Positions 24,793-31,659 are shown, numbered from the stretch's first letter. The stretch: 31,867 nt of DNA from a virus (IMGVR_UViG_3300017991_000291:1-31867); one strand, 5' to 3'. Translations and numbers: made by a program. Notes: generated by a model from the sequence alone, not told the origin.

Positions 24793-25475
24793 CACACAAC
24801 ATCCTTCCACATAACATCAATTCCACCCAGACTGGTTTCTAGAAATGGATACAGCGATAGAAGTATTGCTTTACACTCCTTGGCAATTAGCCGGTGTTCT
24901 TTTTGTGTTTCTGGTCCTTCTCTCAATGCAACGTATGTGATCCATGATCTGAGGTTTCCATTCATGTACATACGGCTCATGACCATTCCTTCTGGAAGAA
25001 CTGCTCTGGCTTGTTCTTTGGCTATTCCATTTTCAATGGCCCATTTGTATGCCAGTTTACATTCGTGCATTATCTGCTCTTGTTTCAAAACCCAGGCACG
25101 ATGCAATTCTTCATCATTCACTTCAATGCTATTCTGTCGATTTTTGCTATCTTGAAGTCTTGATTCTCGAACGCTATAACCAAGTTCATTTGGGTCAGCA
25201 TAGCGTTGTGAGAATTCCTGAAAACTGAATGATCTGTGCCGCAAAATTTGTCTCGCAATATCTCGCGTTGTATTGATTTCCAAAATCACATTGGCCATTT
25301 CGAAAACTGACCAGTGTTTATGTTTGATGCAATAGTTGAGAAGTTTTTCTGCTGTCTGATTATTATTCTGATTGGAAGGATTGGAAACTCTGGCACAATA
25401 TGCCATCAATTCATGCGGTGGAGATTCATAATCATTTTCTGCCTGTGTGTGTGCAATCAACTTTACTGTATCCAT
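24792..25475 (-). CDS. thyX: Flavin-dependent thymidylate synthase
   Basis: RQILRHRSFSFQEFSQRY, AKEQARAVLP, TQKEHR. Confidence 0.97.
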   Translation of the reverse strand: MDTVKLIAHTQAENDYESPPHELMAYCARVSNPSNQNNNQTAEKLLNYCIKHKHWSVFEMANVILEINTTRDIARQILRHRSFSFQEFSQRYADPNELGYSVRESRLQDSKNRQNSIEVNDEELHRAWVLKQEQIMHECKLAYKWAIENGIAKEQARAVLPEGMVMSRMYMNGNLRSWITYVALREGPETQKEHRLIAKECKAILLSLYPFLETSLGGIDVMWKDVV

Positions 25476-25496
25476 GAATAGCTCCTTATTTACTAA

Positions 25497-25709
25497 TCAC
25501 ACTTCTTTAATGTGTACCTCATACACTGGTATTTCACTAAAAACAGTGTTTTTTCTAACGATATCTAGAATTTCCCATTGTCTATTTTGACCCAAAGTGG
25601 AAAATTTTTTCACATCCCCGACAGTGAAATTTTCAAACCATCGAAAATGTGTCAACAGTTGCCCGTTCTCTATGAAATGAACGTAACCATAAAAACGATC
25701 TTCGATCAC
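25497..25709 (-). CDS. Hypothetical protein, about 70 aa
   Basis: GTGA overlap with the last array-C unit. Confidence 0.55.
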   Translation of the reverse strand: MIEDRFYGYVHFIENGQLLTHFRWFENFTVGDVKKFSTLGQNRQWEILDIVRKNTVFSEIPVYEVHIKEV

Positions 25710-25888
25710 CGACAATTTTCATCCCATCCATCACAATCCTCCATAACTTGCCATAAGATTTGCTGATTGACTTGCCGCCAGATTTGCCGCCAGACTTGCC
25801 ACACAACTTGATCATATACTTGCTCCAAAACTTTCTGATCGACTTGCTGATCGATTTGAACCAAGAATGATTTTACGTTATACATCAT
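25706..25888 (-). CDS. QVxx repeat mini-protein
   Basis: QIDQQVDQKVLEQVYDQVVWQVWRQIWRQV. Confidence 0.7.
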   Translation of the reverse strand: MMYNVKSFLVQIDQQVDQKVLEQVYDQVVWQVWRQIWRQVNQQILWQVMEDCDGWDENCR

Positions 25889-26054
25889 AATCATCCATGA
25901 TTTGCCAGAAGACTTGCTGATTGGCTTGCTTATTGACTTGCCGCCAGACTTTCTGATTAACTTCCTGATCTACTTTCAGATTGACTAACCAAGCAACTTT
26001 ATTCCAGACTTGATGTGCGCCGCATCCGAATGTTTTATATATCAATTCCATCAT
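25878..26054 (-). CDS. QVxx repeat mini-protein
   Basis: QEVNQKVWRQVNKQANQQVFWQIMDDYDV. Confidence 0.7.
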   Translation of the reverse strand: MMELIYKTFGCGAHQVWNKVAWLVNLKVDQEVNQKVWRQVNKQANQQVFWQIMDDYDV

Positions 26055-26226
26055 AATCATCCATAGCTTGCCGCTTGGCTTTCAACCAAACTCGATCCCC
26101 AACTTGCCACCATACTTGCTGATCAATTTGCCGCCAGACTTGCTGATCGAATTTCCGCCTGACTTGCCGCAAGACTTTCTCTCTGACTTGCCATCCGATT
26201 TGTATATCAATTCTCGCGTTATCCAT
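26035..26226 (-). CDS. QVxx repeat mini-protein (MDNARIDIQIGWQV...)
   Basis: Start in junction. Confidence 0.7.
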   Translation of the reverse strand: MDNARIDIQIGWQVREKVLRQVRRKFDQQVWRQIDQQVWWQVGDRVWLKAKRQAMDDYDGIDI

Positions 26227-26413
26227 CAAAATCCTTCCAAAGTTGAAAATAGCCTTGCTGCCAGCGTTGCCGATTAACTTTCTGCCAGAGTTGCCACACA
26301 ACTTGATCATATACTTGCCCCAAGACTTTCTGACGAACGTTTTCCAGACATTGCGCATCGATAGAAGAAAACCCTTGCTGCCCGACTTGATCAACGATTT
26401 TTATTTTATTCAT
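26219..26413 (-). CDS. QVxx repeat mini-protein (MNKIKIVDQV...)
   Basis: Shares QKVL.QVYDQVVWQ with 25706..25888. Confidence 0.7.
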   Translation of the reverse strand: MNKIKIVDQVGQQGFSSIDAQCLENVRQKVLGQVYDQVVWQLWQKVNRQRWQQGYFQLWKDFDG

Positions 26414-26591
26414 CAAAATCATCCACCAATTGACGCCAATATTGCCACTGCTTTATTTCTTCTATTCGTCTCCTACCCTTGCTTTGTATTCTCACAAACA
26501 CTTCCATGTAAATATTACGAGATACATGACACGAAACATTCAATCTCGACGCATCAATATGATGCAATGCAGAATCCTTAGCACCGACCAT
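26406..26591 (-). CDS. Divergent family member, ends YWRQLVDDFDE
   Basis: Junction retained, repeat decayed. Confidence 0.55.
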   Translation of the reverse strand: MVGAKDSALHHIDASRLNVSCHVSRNIYMEVFVRIQSKGRRRIEEIKQWQYWRQLVDDFDE

Positions 26592-26610
26592 AACCAAACA
26601 CCCATCTGAT

Positions 26611-26644
26611 AAAAAAAACCGGCGTAGGTTTCCCCACGCCGGTT
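26611..26644 (-). terminator. Rho-independent terminator closing the DUF6745 operon
   Basis: AACCGGCGTGGG-GAAA-CCTACGCCGG-TTTTTTTT. Confidence 0.92.
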
Positions 26645-26673
26645 ACTCCTACCAACTCAAACAATACGCACTA

Positions 26674-27015
26674 CTAGTCCTGAACGCGACGATAGCCTTC
26701 TGGCGTGTACTCGCGCTGACGGATGATTCTGTAGTCACCCGGCTCAAGGAGCAGAGATTCGTGTGTATCATAGTCGCGAAGGTGAGTAAGCTCACTCGCG
26801 CGATGAAGCGTCAGAAACGCTTCAAGTTCGTTGTCCGGGTTTTCGAACATGCTTGCATCATTACGATCCAGCACGTGGTGGTGCCCGGTTTCAGAGTGCG
26901 TGACAATCAGGTGGTTCCCTTCCGGCGCAACCTCTTTCAGATTGCTTCGGTCGAAGCTGTCCACACGCATGATCATCACATCACCCTGAGCAGCGATTTT
27001 CTTGAAAGTTCTCAT
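26674..27015 (-). CDS. His-rich conserved partner of DUF6745 proteins
   Basis: QGDV..HSETGHHH..LTH...DTH..L.PG.Y.I.RQREY.P...RRV.D; GAGGA RBS, ATG 1 nt after the upstream stop. Confidence 0.8.
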   Translation of the reverse strand: MRTFKKIAAQGDVMIMRVDSFDRSNLKEVAPEGNHLIVTHSETGHHHVLDRNDASMFENPDNELEAFLTLHRASELTHLRDYDTHESLLLEPGDYRIIRQREYTPEGYRRVQD

Positions 27016-27016
27016 A

Positions 27017-27907
27017 TTACGTCCTCACTTCTGGTTTGACAAACTCGTTGACATCGATACCCCATGTGCTCGCTTGCGCTTCCATGGCAGTATTGACATC
27101 AGGCGGCACGGGAATGGCAAAAAATCGTCCAGTCCCACACTTCACACGCAAGAACCTTTCGGTTCCAACGTCAGGGAGATCGACTTCAAGCAGAGTGCCG
27201 ATCTCAGGATCATCATCCTGATGGATGACCTTGGCATCAAGTTGGTTGAGAACGCTTTCCCACCCAACGATTTCAGAAAAACACCGGCGCTGTTCGATGT
27301 CTTCCCACGTCAACGCGATACGCGGATCGAGTTGGCTTTTCGGCGTCATCAGCCATTCACGCGGTACACGCGTGCCATGCCAACAACAAACAGTCCAACC
27401 ATCGCGATAACGCAGCGAAGGTCCTTCTTCACTGTGTTGCCGCCCTTCGTCATCGAGTTTGATGAATTCGGGACGATTGACAATCACAGCAACATCCTCT
27501 TCCCACCACACGTTGTCACAGGCAGAACAGAGTTCTTCAAAAACCTTGAAGTTTGCGAGCGTTTCGTTCTCCCAATTGAGAACGTCACGGAAGAAGGTGA
27601 TATAAGCGCACGAAGAAACTTGCGAAGAACCGCAATACAGCTTCGAAATCCCATCGTAACATTCTTGTTTTGTTGGCTCACGGCCAAGCTGATGTTCCAG
27701 GCCCATCTTGATTGCTGCAAACGGGGAGTCTGCAAAAAGCACAGTTGGGCGCGGACGCTCGATGATGTCGTAAATTTTCAGAACACGCTCTTTTGCGTAC
27801 TCGAAATCCACGGGTTCAGTGGAAAGACCAATCTTCACCCATTTCTCAGTCCAACCAGGAATTTGTGCTTCCTGTTCAGGTGTCATGCTCTCGATTTTCT
27901 CAGGCAT
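27017..27907 (-). CDS. DUF6745-type protein lacking the internal QV/QL repeat
   Basis: TPEQEA..KW..IGLSTEP.D..DSP; RP....DDEGRQHSEEGP..Y.DGW...WHG.RVP; EQRR; PVPP...TA.EA.A.TWG. Family recognised from memory of these motifs. Confidence 0.8.
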   Translation of the reverse strand: MPEKIESMTPEQEAQIPGWTEKWVKIGLSTEPVDFEYAKERVLKIYDIIERPRPTVLFADSPFAAIKMGLEHQLGREPTKQECYDGISKLYCGSSQVSSCAYITFFRDVLNWENETLANFKVFEELCSACDNVWWEEDVAVIVNRPEFIKLDDEGRQHSEEGPSLRYRDGWTVCCWHGTRVPREWLMTPKSQLDPRIALTWEDIEQRRCFSEIVGWESVLNQLDAKVIHQDDDPEIGTLLEVDLPDVGTERFLRVKCGTGRFFAIPVPPDVNTAMEAQASTWGIDVNEFVKPEVRT

Positions 27908-27941
27908 ATAAAAATCCTATTGTTTCTGCCGTCACTCAAAT

Positions 27942-27979
27942 TGTCTACCACAAGTTCTATTTACTGTCAACAACCTTTT
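27942..27979 (-). promoter_or_regulatory. Early promoter of the DUF6745 operon
   Basis: AAAAGGTTG-TTGACA (27970-27965), 17 nt ending TGTGG, TAGACA (27947-27942). Confidence 0.7.
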
Positions 27980-28055
27980 ACATTTTTCTGCTCCCTCTGT
28001 TCAATGTCTTAACCTCTTCAAGATGAACACACCCTAGCAAAGTTGTGTGGTGTCG

Positions 28056-28223
28056 TCAAGCACCTTTTTTAAAATCTTCCCTCGCCTGACTTATGAAGTG
28101 TTTTTCGAAATTCATATTAGCGTTTATAGCTTTCCTGAGTTGCCATCTGACTGCTATGTTGATACGTACGGCTTGCAATGCAGACAGGAATCTAATCGAC
28201 CCAACTTTGCTACATATTGTCAT
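28056..28223 (-). CDS. Divergent terminal unit, 55 aa (MTICSKV...QAREDFKKGA)
   Basis: Start in junction; family-like end. Confidence 0.55.
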   Translation of the reverse strand: MTICSKVGSIRFLSALQAVRINIAVRWQLRKAINANMNFEKHFISQAREDFKKGA

Positions 28224-28410
28224 GATAATCATCCATAACTTGCTTCCTGGCATCCCGCCAGACTTGCTCATCGACTTGTCGATAGACTTGCCACCAGACT
28301 TGCCAATTGATATGACGTTCGACATACAGCCAGAATTGATCATTGAGTTGATCCCAGAGTTGCTGATCAATTTTCCGCCCGACTTGATTATTCATTTGCT
28401 CTTCATTCAT
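28210..28410 (-). CDS. QVxx repeat mini-protein (MNEEQMNNQV...)
   Basis: Ends QVMDDYHDNM; paralog of 28578..28772. Confidence 0.72.
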   Translation of the reverse strand: MNEEQMNNQVGRKIDQQLWDQLNDQFWLYVERHINWQVWWQVYRQVDEQVWRDARKQVMDDYHDNM

Positions 28411-28585
28411 GATAATCATCCATAACTTGCTGCTTAGTTTGCCACCCAACACGCAAATAAACATCCTGCACCTGTTCCCATTCTACTATATTCCATACTT
28501 GCCGCTTGAGTTGTATACTTAATTGGTTTCTGGATGTCTCATAGACTTGCTCATAGATTCGATAGTGGATTCGGTGTTTAATCAT
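28403..28585 (-). CDS. QVxx repeat mini-protein (MIKHRIHY...)
   Basis: Ends QQVMDDYHE. Confidence 0.7.
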   Translation of the reverse strand: MIKHRIHYRIYEQVYETSRNQLSIQLKRQVWNIVEWEQVQDVYLRVGWQTKQQVMDDYHE

Positions 28586-28772
28586 GATAATCATCCATAA
28601 CTTGATGAACAACTTTCAAATTGCATTGCTCTTCGACTTGCCGATAGACTTGCCGCCAGACTTGCACTTGGGCTTGTTGCCATAGTTGCTGCCCGATTTG
28701 CCGATTGATATGATGTCCGACATACAGCCAGAATTGCTCATAAACCGGATCGTAGATTTGCTCTTCATTCAT
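28578..28772 (-). CDS. QVxx repeat mini-protein (MNEEQIYDPV...)
   Basis: Ends HQVMDDYHD. Confidence 0.72.
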   Translation of the reverse strand: MNEEQIYDPVYEQFWLYVGHHINRQIGQQLWQQAQVQVWRQVYRQVEEQCNLKVVHQVMDDYHD

Positions 28773-28944
28773 GATAATCCTCTTTCAATTGATCCACTTC
28801 TTGCCGCCCGACATGCCACCAAACACGCCCATCCGCTCTCCACCAGACAAATTCTCTAACAATATATCGAATATCTTTATCAATACACTTCCAGACTTTT
28901 GCGTTGAACACAACCAAAAATGTTCTGTCGATATCAAGATGCAT
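28765..28944 (-). CDS. Family member, 59 aa (MHLDIDRTFL...DQLKEDYHE), below the track cutoff
   Basis: Manual translation; paralog of 29100..29288. Confidence 0.7.
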   Translation of the reverse strand: MHLDIDRTFLVVFNAKVWKCIDKDIRYIVREFVWWRADGRVWWHVGRQEVDQLKEDYHE

Positions 28945-29110
28945 GAAAATCTTCTCTCGCTTGTTGACGCGCTTGTTTGTCGGCTTGTAGTCTCGTGTTT
29001 TCTAAAATGTCCCACCAAACCGGCACATAAACTGCGCTATTAATATTGTCCACCATCATATTCCATATTGGAGTTTCAACTTTCTTCTCAACTTCAATAT
29101 CAATCCTCAT
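28934..29110 (-). CDS. Family member, 58 aa (MRIDIEVEKKV...QQAREDFHAS), below the track cutoff
   Basis: Manual translation. Confidence 0.65.
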   Translation of the reverse strand: MRIDIEVEKKVETPIWNMMVDNINSAVYVPVWWDILENTRLQADKQARQQAREDFHAS

Positions 29111-29288
29111 GATAATCCTCTTTCAATTGATCCACTTCATGCCGCCCAACTTGCCGCCACCAAACACGTCCATCCGCTCTCAACCAGACAACTTCGCCAA
29201 CAAGATATCGAATATCTCTATCAATATACTCCCAGGTTTTTGCGCATGCATTCGCCCAAAACGTTTTGTTTATATCAGTAATCTTCAT
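29100..29288 (-). CDS. Family member, 62 aa (MKITDINKTF...)
   Basis: Ends DQLKEDYHED. Confidence 0.7.
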   Translation of the reverse strand: MKITDINKTFWANACAKTWEYIDRDIRYLVGEVVWLRADGRVWWRQVGRHEVDQLKEDYHED

Positions 29289-29463
29289 GATAATCGTCTT
29301 TCAGTTGCCCATCAACTTGCCACTTGAGTTGCATCCAGACTTGATCCCAAACTTGACCCCAGACTTGTTGATTGACTTGCCGCAAGGTCTGATCCCCGAC
29401 GCACCGATCTACGCACATCATTACCTGCCACCAAACTTGCTCATTGCATTGTCGTTCATTCAT
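29275..29463 (-). CDS. QVxx repeat mini-protein (MNERQCNEQV...)
   Basis: Ends GQLKDDYHEDY. Confidence 0.72.
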   Translation of the reverse strand: MNERQCNEQVWWQVMMCVDRCVGDQTLRQVNQQVWGQVWDQVWMQLKWQVDGQLKDDYHEDY

Positions 29464-29623
29464 GATAATCATCTTTCAGTTGCGACCAATTTTGACACTT
29501 GACTTGCCACCAGACTTCATTTCTGACATGCCACCAAACGAACTGTTTGACTTGATGCTCGATTTTCAGGATTGATCCAAAGACTTGCCAATCAATCTGT
29601 TGTTCGATCCGTTGTTCATTCAT
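29456..29623 (-). CDS. QVxx repeat mini-protein, 55 aa (MNEQRIEQQIDWQV...), below the track cutoff
   Basis: Manual translation; ends QNWSQLKDDYHE. Confidence 0.7.
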   Translation of the reverse strand: MNEQRIEQQIDWQVFGSILKIEHQVKQFVWWHVRNEVWWQVKCQNWSQLKDDYHE

Positions 29624-29810
29624 GATAATCATCTTTCAGTTGCGACCAATTTTGATCCCAAACTTGCTGATCGTTTTGATCCCAGAATTTCCAATTGATT
29701 TGCTCCAAGATTTGCATCCTAATTTGCATTCTGGTTTGATCCGAACTTTGATTCCAGCTTTGGTATTCGATTTGATCCCTGACTTGCCGCCAGACTTGAT
29801 GCCTAATCAC
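29616..29810 (-). CDS. QVxx repeat mini-protein (GTG 29810 or ATG 29819 start)
   Basis: Ends QNWSQLKDDYHE. Confidence 0.7.
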   Translation of the reverse strand: MIRHQVWRQVRDQIEYQSWNQSSDQTRMQIRMQILEQINWKFWDQNDQQVWDQNWSQLKDDYHE

Positions 29811-29991
29811 GCCAATCATCCTTCAATTGCATCTCTGCACCCCCTCCCTGTTGCGCCCACAATCGATCATCAAGCTTCTGTTTGATTTGCTGCCAGAGTT
29901 GCCATTCAACATGCCGCACGGTTCGAGAAAAAATTTCCATAAGAACTTGCGTCCCAACTTGCTTAATTTGCCAACATTGATCTTCATGCAT
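29803..29991 (-). CDS. QVxx repeat mini-protein (MHEDQCWQI...)
   Basis: Ends MQLKDDWRD. Confidence 0.68.
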   Translation of the reverse strand: MHEDQCWQIKQVGTQVLMEIFSRTVRHVEWQLWQQIKQKLDDRLWAQQGGGAEMQLKDDWRD

Positions 29992-30169
29992 CAAAAGCAC
30001 CTCTCAATTGCTGCCTAACGTGAAACCTGAATTGCAGCCAGACTTGCTCCCCGGCTTGATCCCACACTTGCTTCTCGACTTGCTCTTCGACTTGTCGCTC
30101 GACGTACTGCTCGACTTCTCGCACAACTTGCCACATAATTATCTGCTGAACTAGATGATCAATTTTCAT
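29984..30169 (-). CDS. QVxx repeat mini-protein (MKIDHLVQQ...)
   Basis: Ends QQLRGAFDA. Confidence 0.72.
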   Translation of the reverse strand: MKIDHLVQQIIMWQVVREVEQYVERQVEEQVEKQVWDQAGEQVWLQFRFHVRQQLRGAFDA

Positions 30170-30365
30170 CAAAATCACCTCTCAATTGCTGTCTAGCGTG
30201 AAACCTGACTTGTCGATCAACTTGCATCCATACTTGCTTCTCGACTTGATCCCAAACTTGACACCTGACTTGCTCTTCGGTTTGATCCCACGCTTGTCGC
30301 TTGATTTGCTGCAAGATTCGTCGATCAATTCGAAACCAAACATTTTCAATTCTTTTGCCGTTCAT
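30159..30365 (-). CDS. QVxx repeat mini-protein (MNGKRIENVW...), mosaic
   Basis: Ends QQLRGDFDEN. Confidence 0.75.
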   Translation of the reverse strand: MNGKRIENVWFRIDRRILQQIKRQAWDQTEEQVRCQVWDQVEKQVWMQVDRQVRFHARQQLRGDFDEN

Positions 30366-30561
30366 TGCAATCATACCTCAATTGCCTCAAAACGTGCCGC
30401 CAGATTTGCCGATCAACTTGATCCCATACTTGCTTCTCGACTTGATCCCAAACTTGACACCTGACTTGCTCTTCGACTTGCTGCCAGATTTGCGTCCTGC
30501 CTTCTCGGTAGATTTGTTGATCAATTCGAAACCAAACATTTTCAATTCTTTTGCCGTTCAT
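30346..30561 (-). CDS. QVxx repeat mini-protein (MNGKRIENVW...)
   Basis: Ends RQLRYDCNERQKN. Confidence 0.75.
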   Translation of the reverse strand: MNGKRIENVWFRIDQQIYREGRTQIWQQVEEQVRCQVWDQVEKQVWDQVDRQIWRHVLRQLRYDCNERQKN

Positions 30562-30757
30562 TGCAATCATACCTCAATTGCCTCAAAACGTGCCGCCAGA
30601 TTTGCCGATCAGCTTGCCGCCAGACTTGATCTTCGGCTTGATCCCATACTTGCTTCTCGACTTGCTCTTCGGCTTGATCCCATACTTGCGTCCTGACTTG
30701 CTGCCAGATTTGTAGATCAACTTGCAACCAAATATTTTCAATTCTTTTACTGTTCAT
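30542..30757 (-). CDS. QVxx repeat mini-protein (MNSKRIENIW...)
   Basis: Ends RQLRYDCNERQKN. Confidence 0.75.
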   Translation of the reverse strand: MNSKRIENIWLQVDLQIWQQVRTQVWDQAEEQVEKQVWDQAEDQVWRQADRQIWRHVLRQLRYDCNERQKN

Positions 30758-30950
30758 CAAAATCACCTCTCAATTGCTCTTTAAAATGAAACCGATGCTG
30801 ATAGACTTGATCCCATACTTGATTCTCGACTTGATCCCATACTTGATCCCAGGATTGCTCTTCGGTTTGATCCCACGCTTGTCGCTTGATTTGCTGCAAG
30901 ATTTGTAAATCAACTTGCAACCAAACGTCTTCAACTCTTTCGTTATTCAT
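30747..30950 (-). CDS. QVxx repeat mini-protein (MNNERVEDVW...)
   Basis: Ends EQLRGDFDEQ. Confidence 0.75.
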   Translation of the reverse strand: MNNERVEDVWLQVDLQILQQIKRQAWDQTEEQSWDQVWDQVENQVWDQVYQHRFHFKEQLRGDFDEQ

Positions 30951-31101
30951 TGCAATCTTCCATCAATTGCCCCTGTATTTGCCGTACAGTTTGATGTCCT
31001 ATTCTCTTGCTGGTTTTCCGCCTGACTTTACCGCCAATTTGCCGTCCTATTTGGCCCCAGACTTGCCACGTGAATGTCCGCCAGATATTCATTTCAATCA
31101 T
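30943..31101 (-). CDS. QVxx repeat mini-protein, 52 aa (MIEMNIWRTFTWQVWGQI...), below the track cutoff
   Basis: Manual translation; ends GQLMEDCNE. Confidence 0.68.
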   Translation of the reverse strand: MIEMNIWRTFTWQVWGQIGRQIGGKVRRKTSKRIGHQTVRQIQGQLMEDCNE

Positions 31102-31291
31102 AATGATCTTCCTTCAATTGCATCCTGGCCTTTCGCCAAACGCTAAACGTGACAGCCCACTCAACTTCCCATCTAACAGACCTCCCGACCAACAATCGTG
31201 TGCTTACAGAACAACAATCAATACATTCCTTATGCGTTGCCCATCTGACATGTTCATCCAACAATGCATCGACCATTGCAAATTTCCTCAT
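31094..31291 (-). CDS. Divergent first unit of array D, 65 aa
   Basis: ATGA overlap with the MazG-like gene; ends MQLKEDHYD. Confidence 0.62.
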   Translation of the reverse strand: MRKFAMVDALLDEHVRWATHKECIDCCSVSTRLLVGRSVRWEVEWAVTFSVWRKARMQLKEDHYD

Positions 31292-31659
31292 TTCACGATG
31301 TCTGTCAAATCGGCTGGTTTGTACAGATCGCCCTTTAGGATTTTACCGTCTTCACGATAAGAAGGCTTTCCGTCTGCATTCAATTTGCTCATGTTTGACT
31401 TGTGTACCGCATCGAAACACTCGTCGATTTCTATTCCATATGCAGCAGCAGTTCCATAGACCACATACAACAGATCAGTCAATTCCTTTGCTATATTGAC
31501 TGGCTCATTTTCAAGCATGGCTTCTTCTACTTCGTTCAATTCTTCTTCAATGAGACGCAATCGCAAGTCCAATTGTTCCATTGTCAACTCAGTATATTTT
31601 TCCGGCGCACCATGCCCAAACGCCAGCATGAATTCTCGAACTTTCTGAAAATTGGTCAT
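31288..31659 (-). CDS. MazG-like / PRA-PH NTP pyrophosphohydrolase
   Basis: LIEEELNE..KELTDLLYVVYG..VHKSNMSK..REDGKILKG. Confidence 0.9.
   Translation of the reverse strand: MTNFQKVREFMLAFGHGAPEKYTELTMEQLDLRLRLIEEELNEVEEAMLENEPVNIAKELTDLLYVVYGTAAAYGIEIDECFDAVHKSNMSKLNADGKPSYREDGKILKGDLYKPADLTDIVK

Larger units (their letters stand above)
25706..26591 (-). repeat. Array C: 5 chained QVxx-family mini-genes
   Basis: Units end QLVDDFDE, QLWKDFDG, QAMDDYDG.., QIMDDYDV and QVMEDCDG..; each downstream start sits in the preceding junction. Confidence 0.85.
28056..31291 (-). repeat. Array D: 18 chained QVxx-family mini-genes with no intergenic DNA
   Basis: Each unit is 52-71 aa and overlaps the next through the conserved junction. 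Confidence 0.92.

Noticed and set aside
27002-28012. 336-aa plus-strand ORF and other long antisense ORFs (4201, 9066, 11072, 11776, 19787, 23655)
   Set aside because: Antisense to well-supported genes, with no motifs of their own.
30159-30950. Diversity-generating retroelement (TR/VR pairs)
   Set aside because: No reverse transcriptase in the window, and differences between paralogs are block-wise and not visibly adenine-specific. An RT elsewhere in the genome cannot be excluded.
28056-31291. CRISPR array interpretation of the junction-plus-variable-segment pattern
   Set aside because: Junctions are degenerate, the intervening segments are about 140-200 bp, internally periodic and protein-coding, and there is no cas operon.
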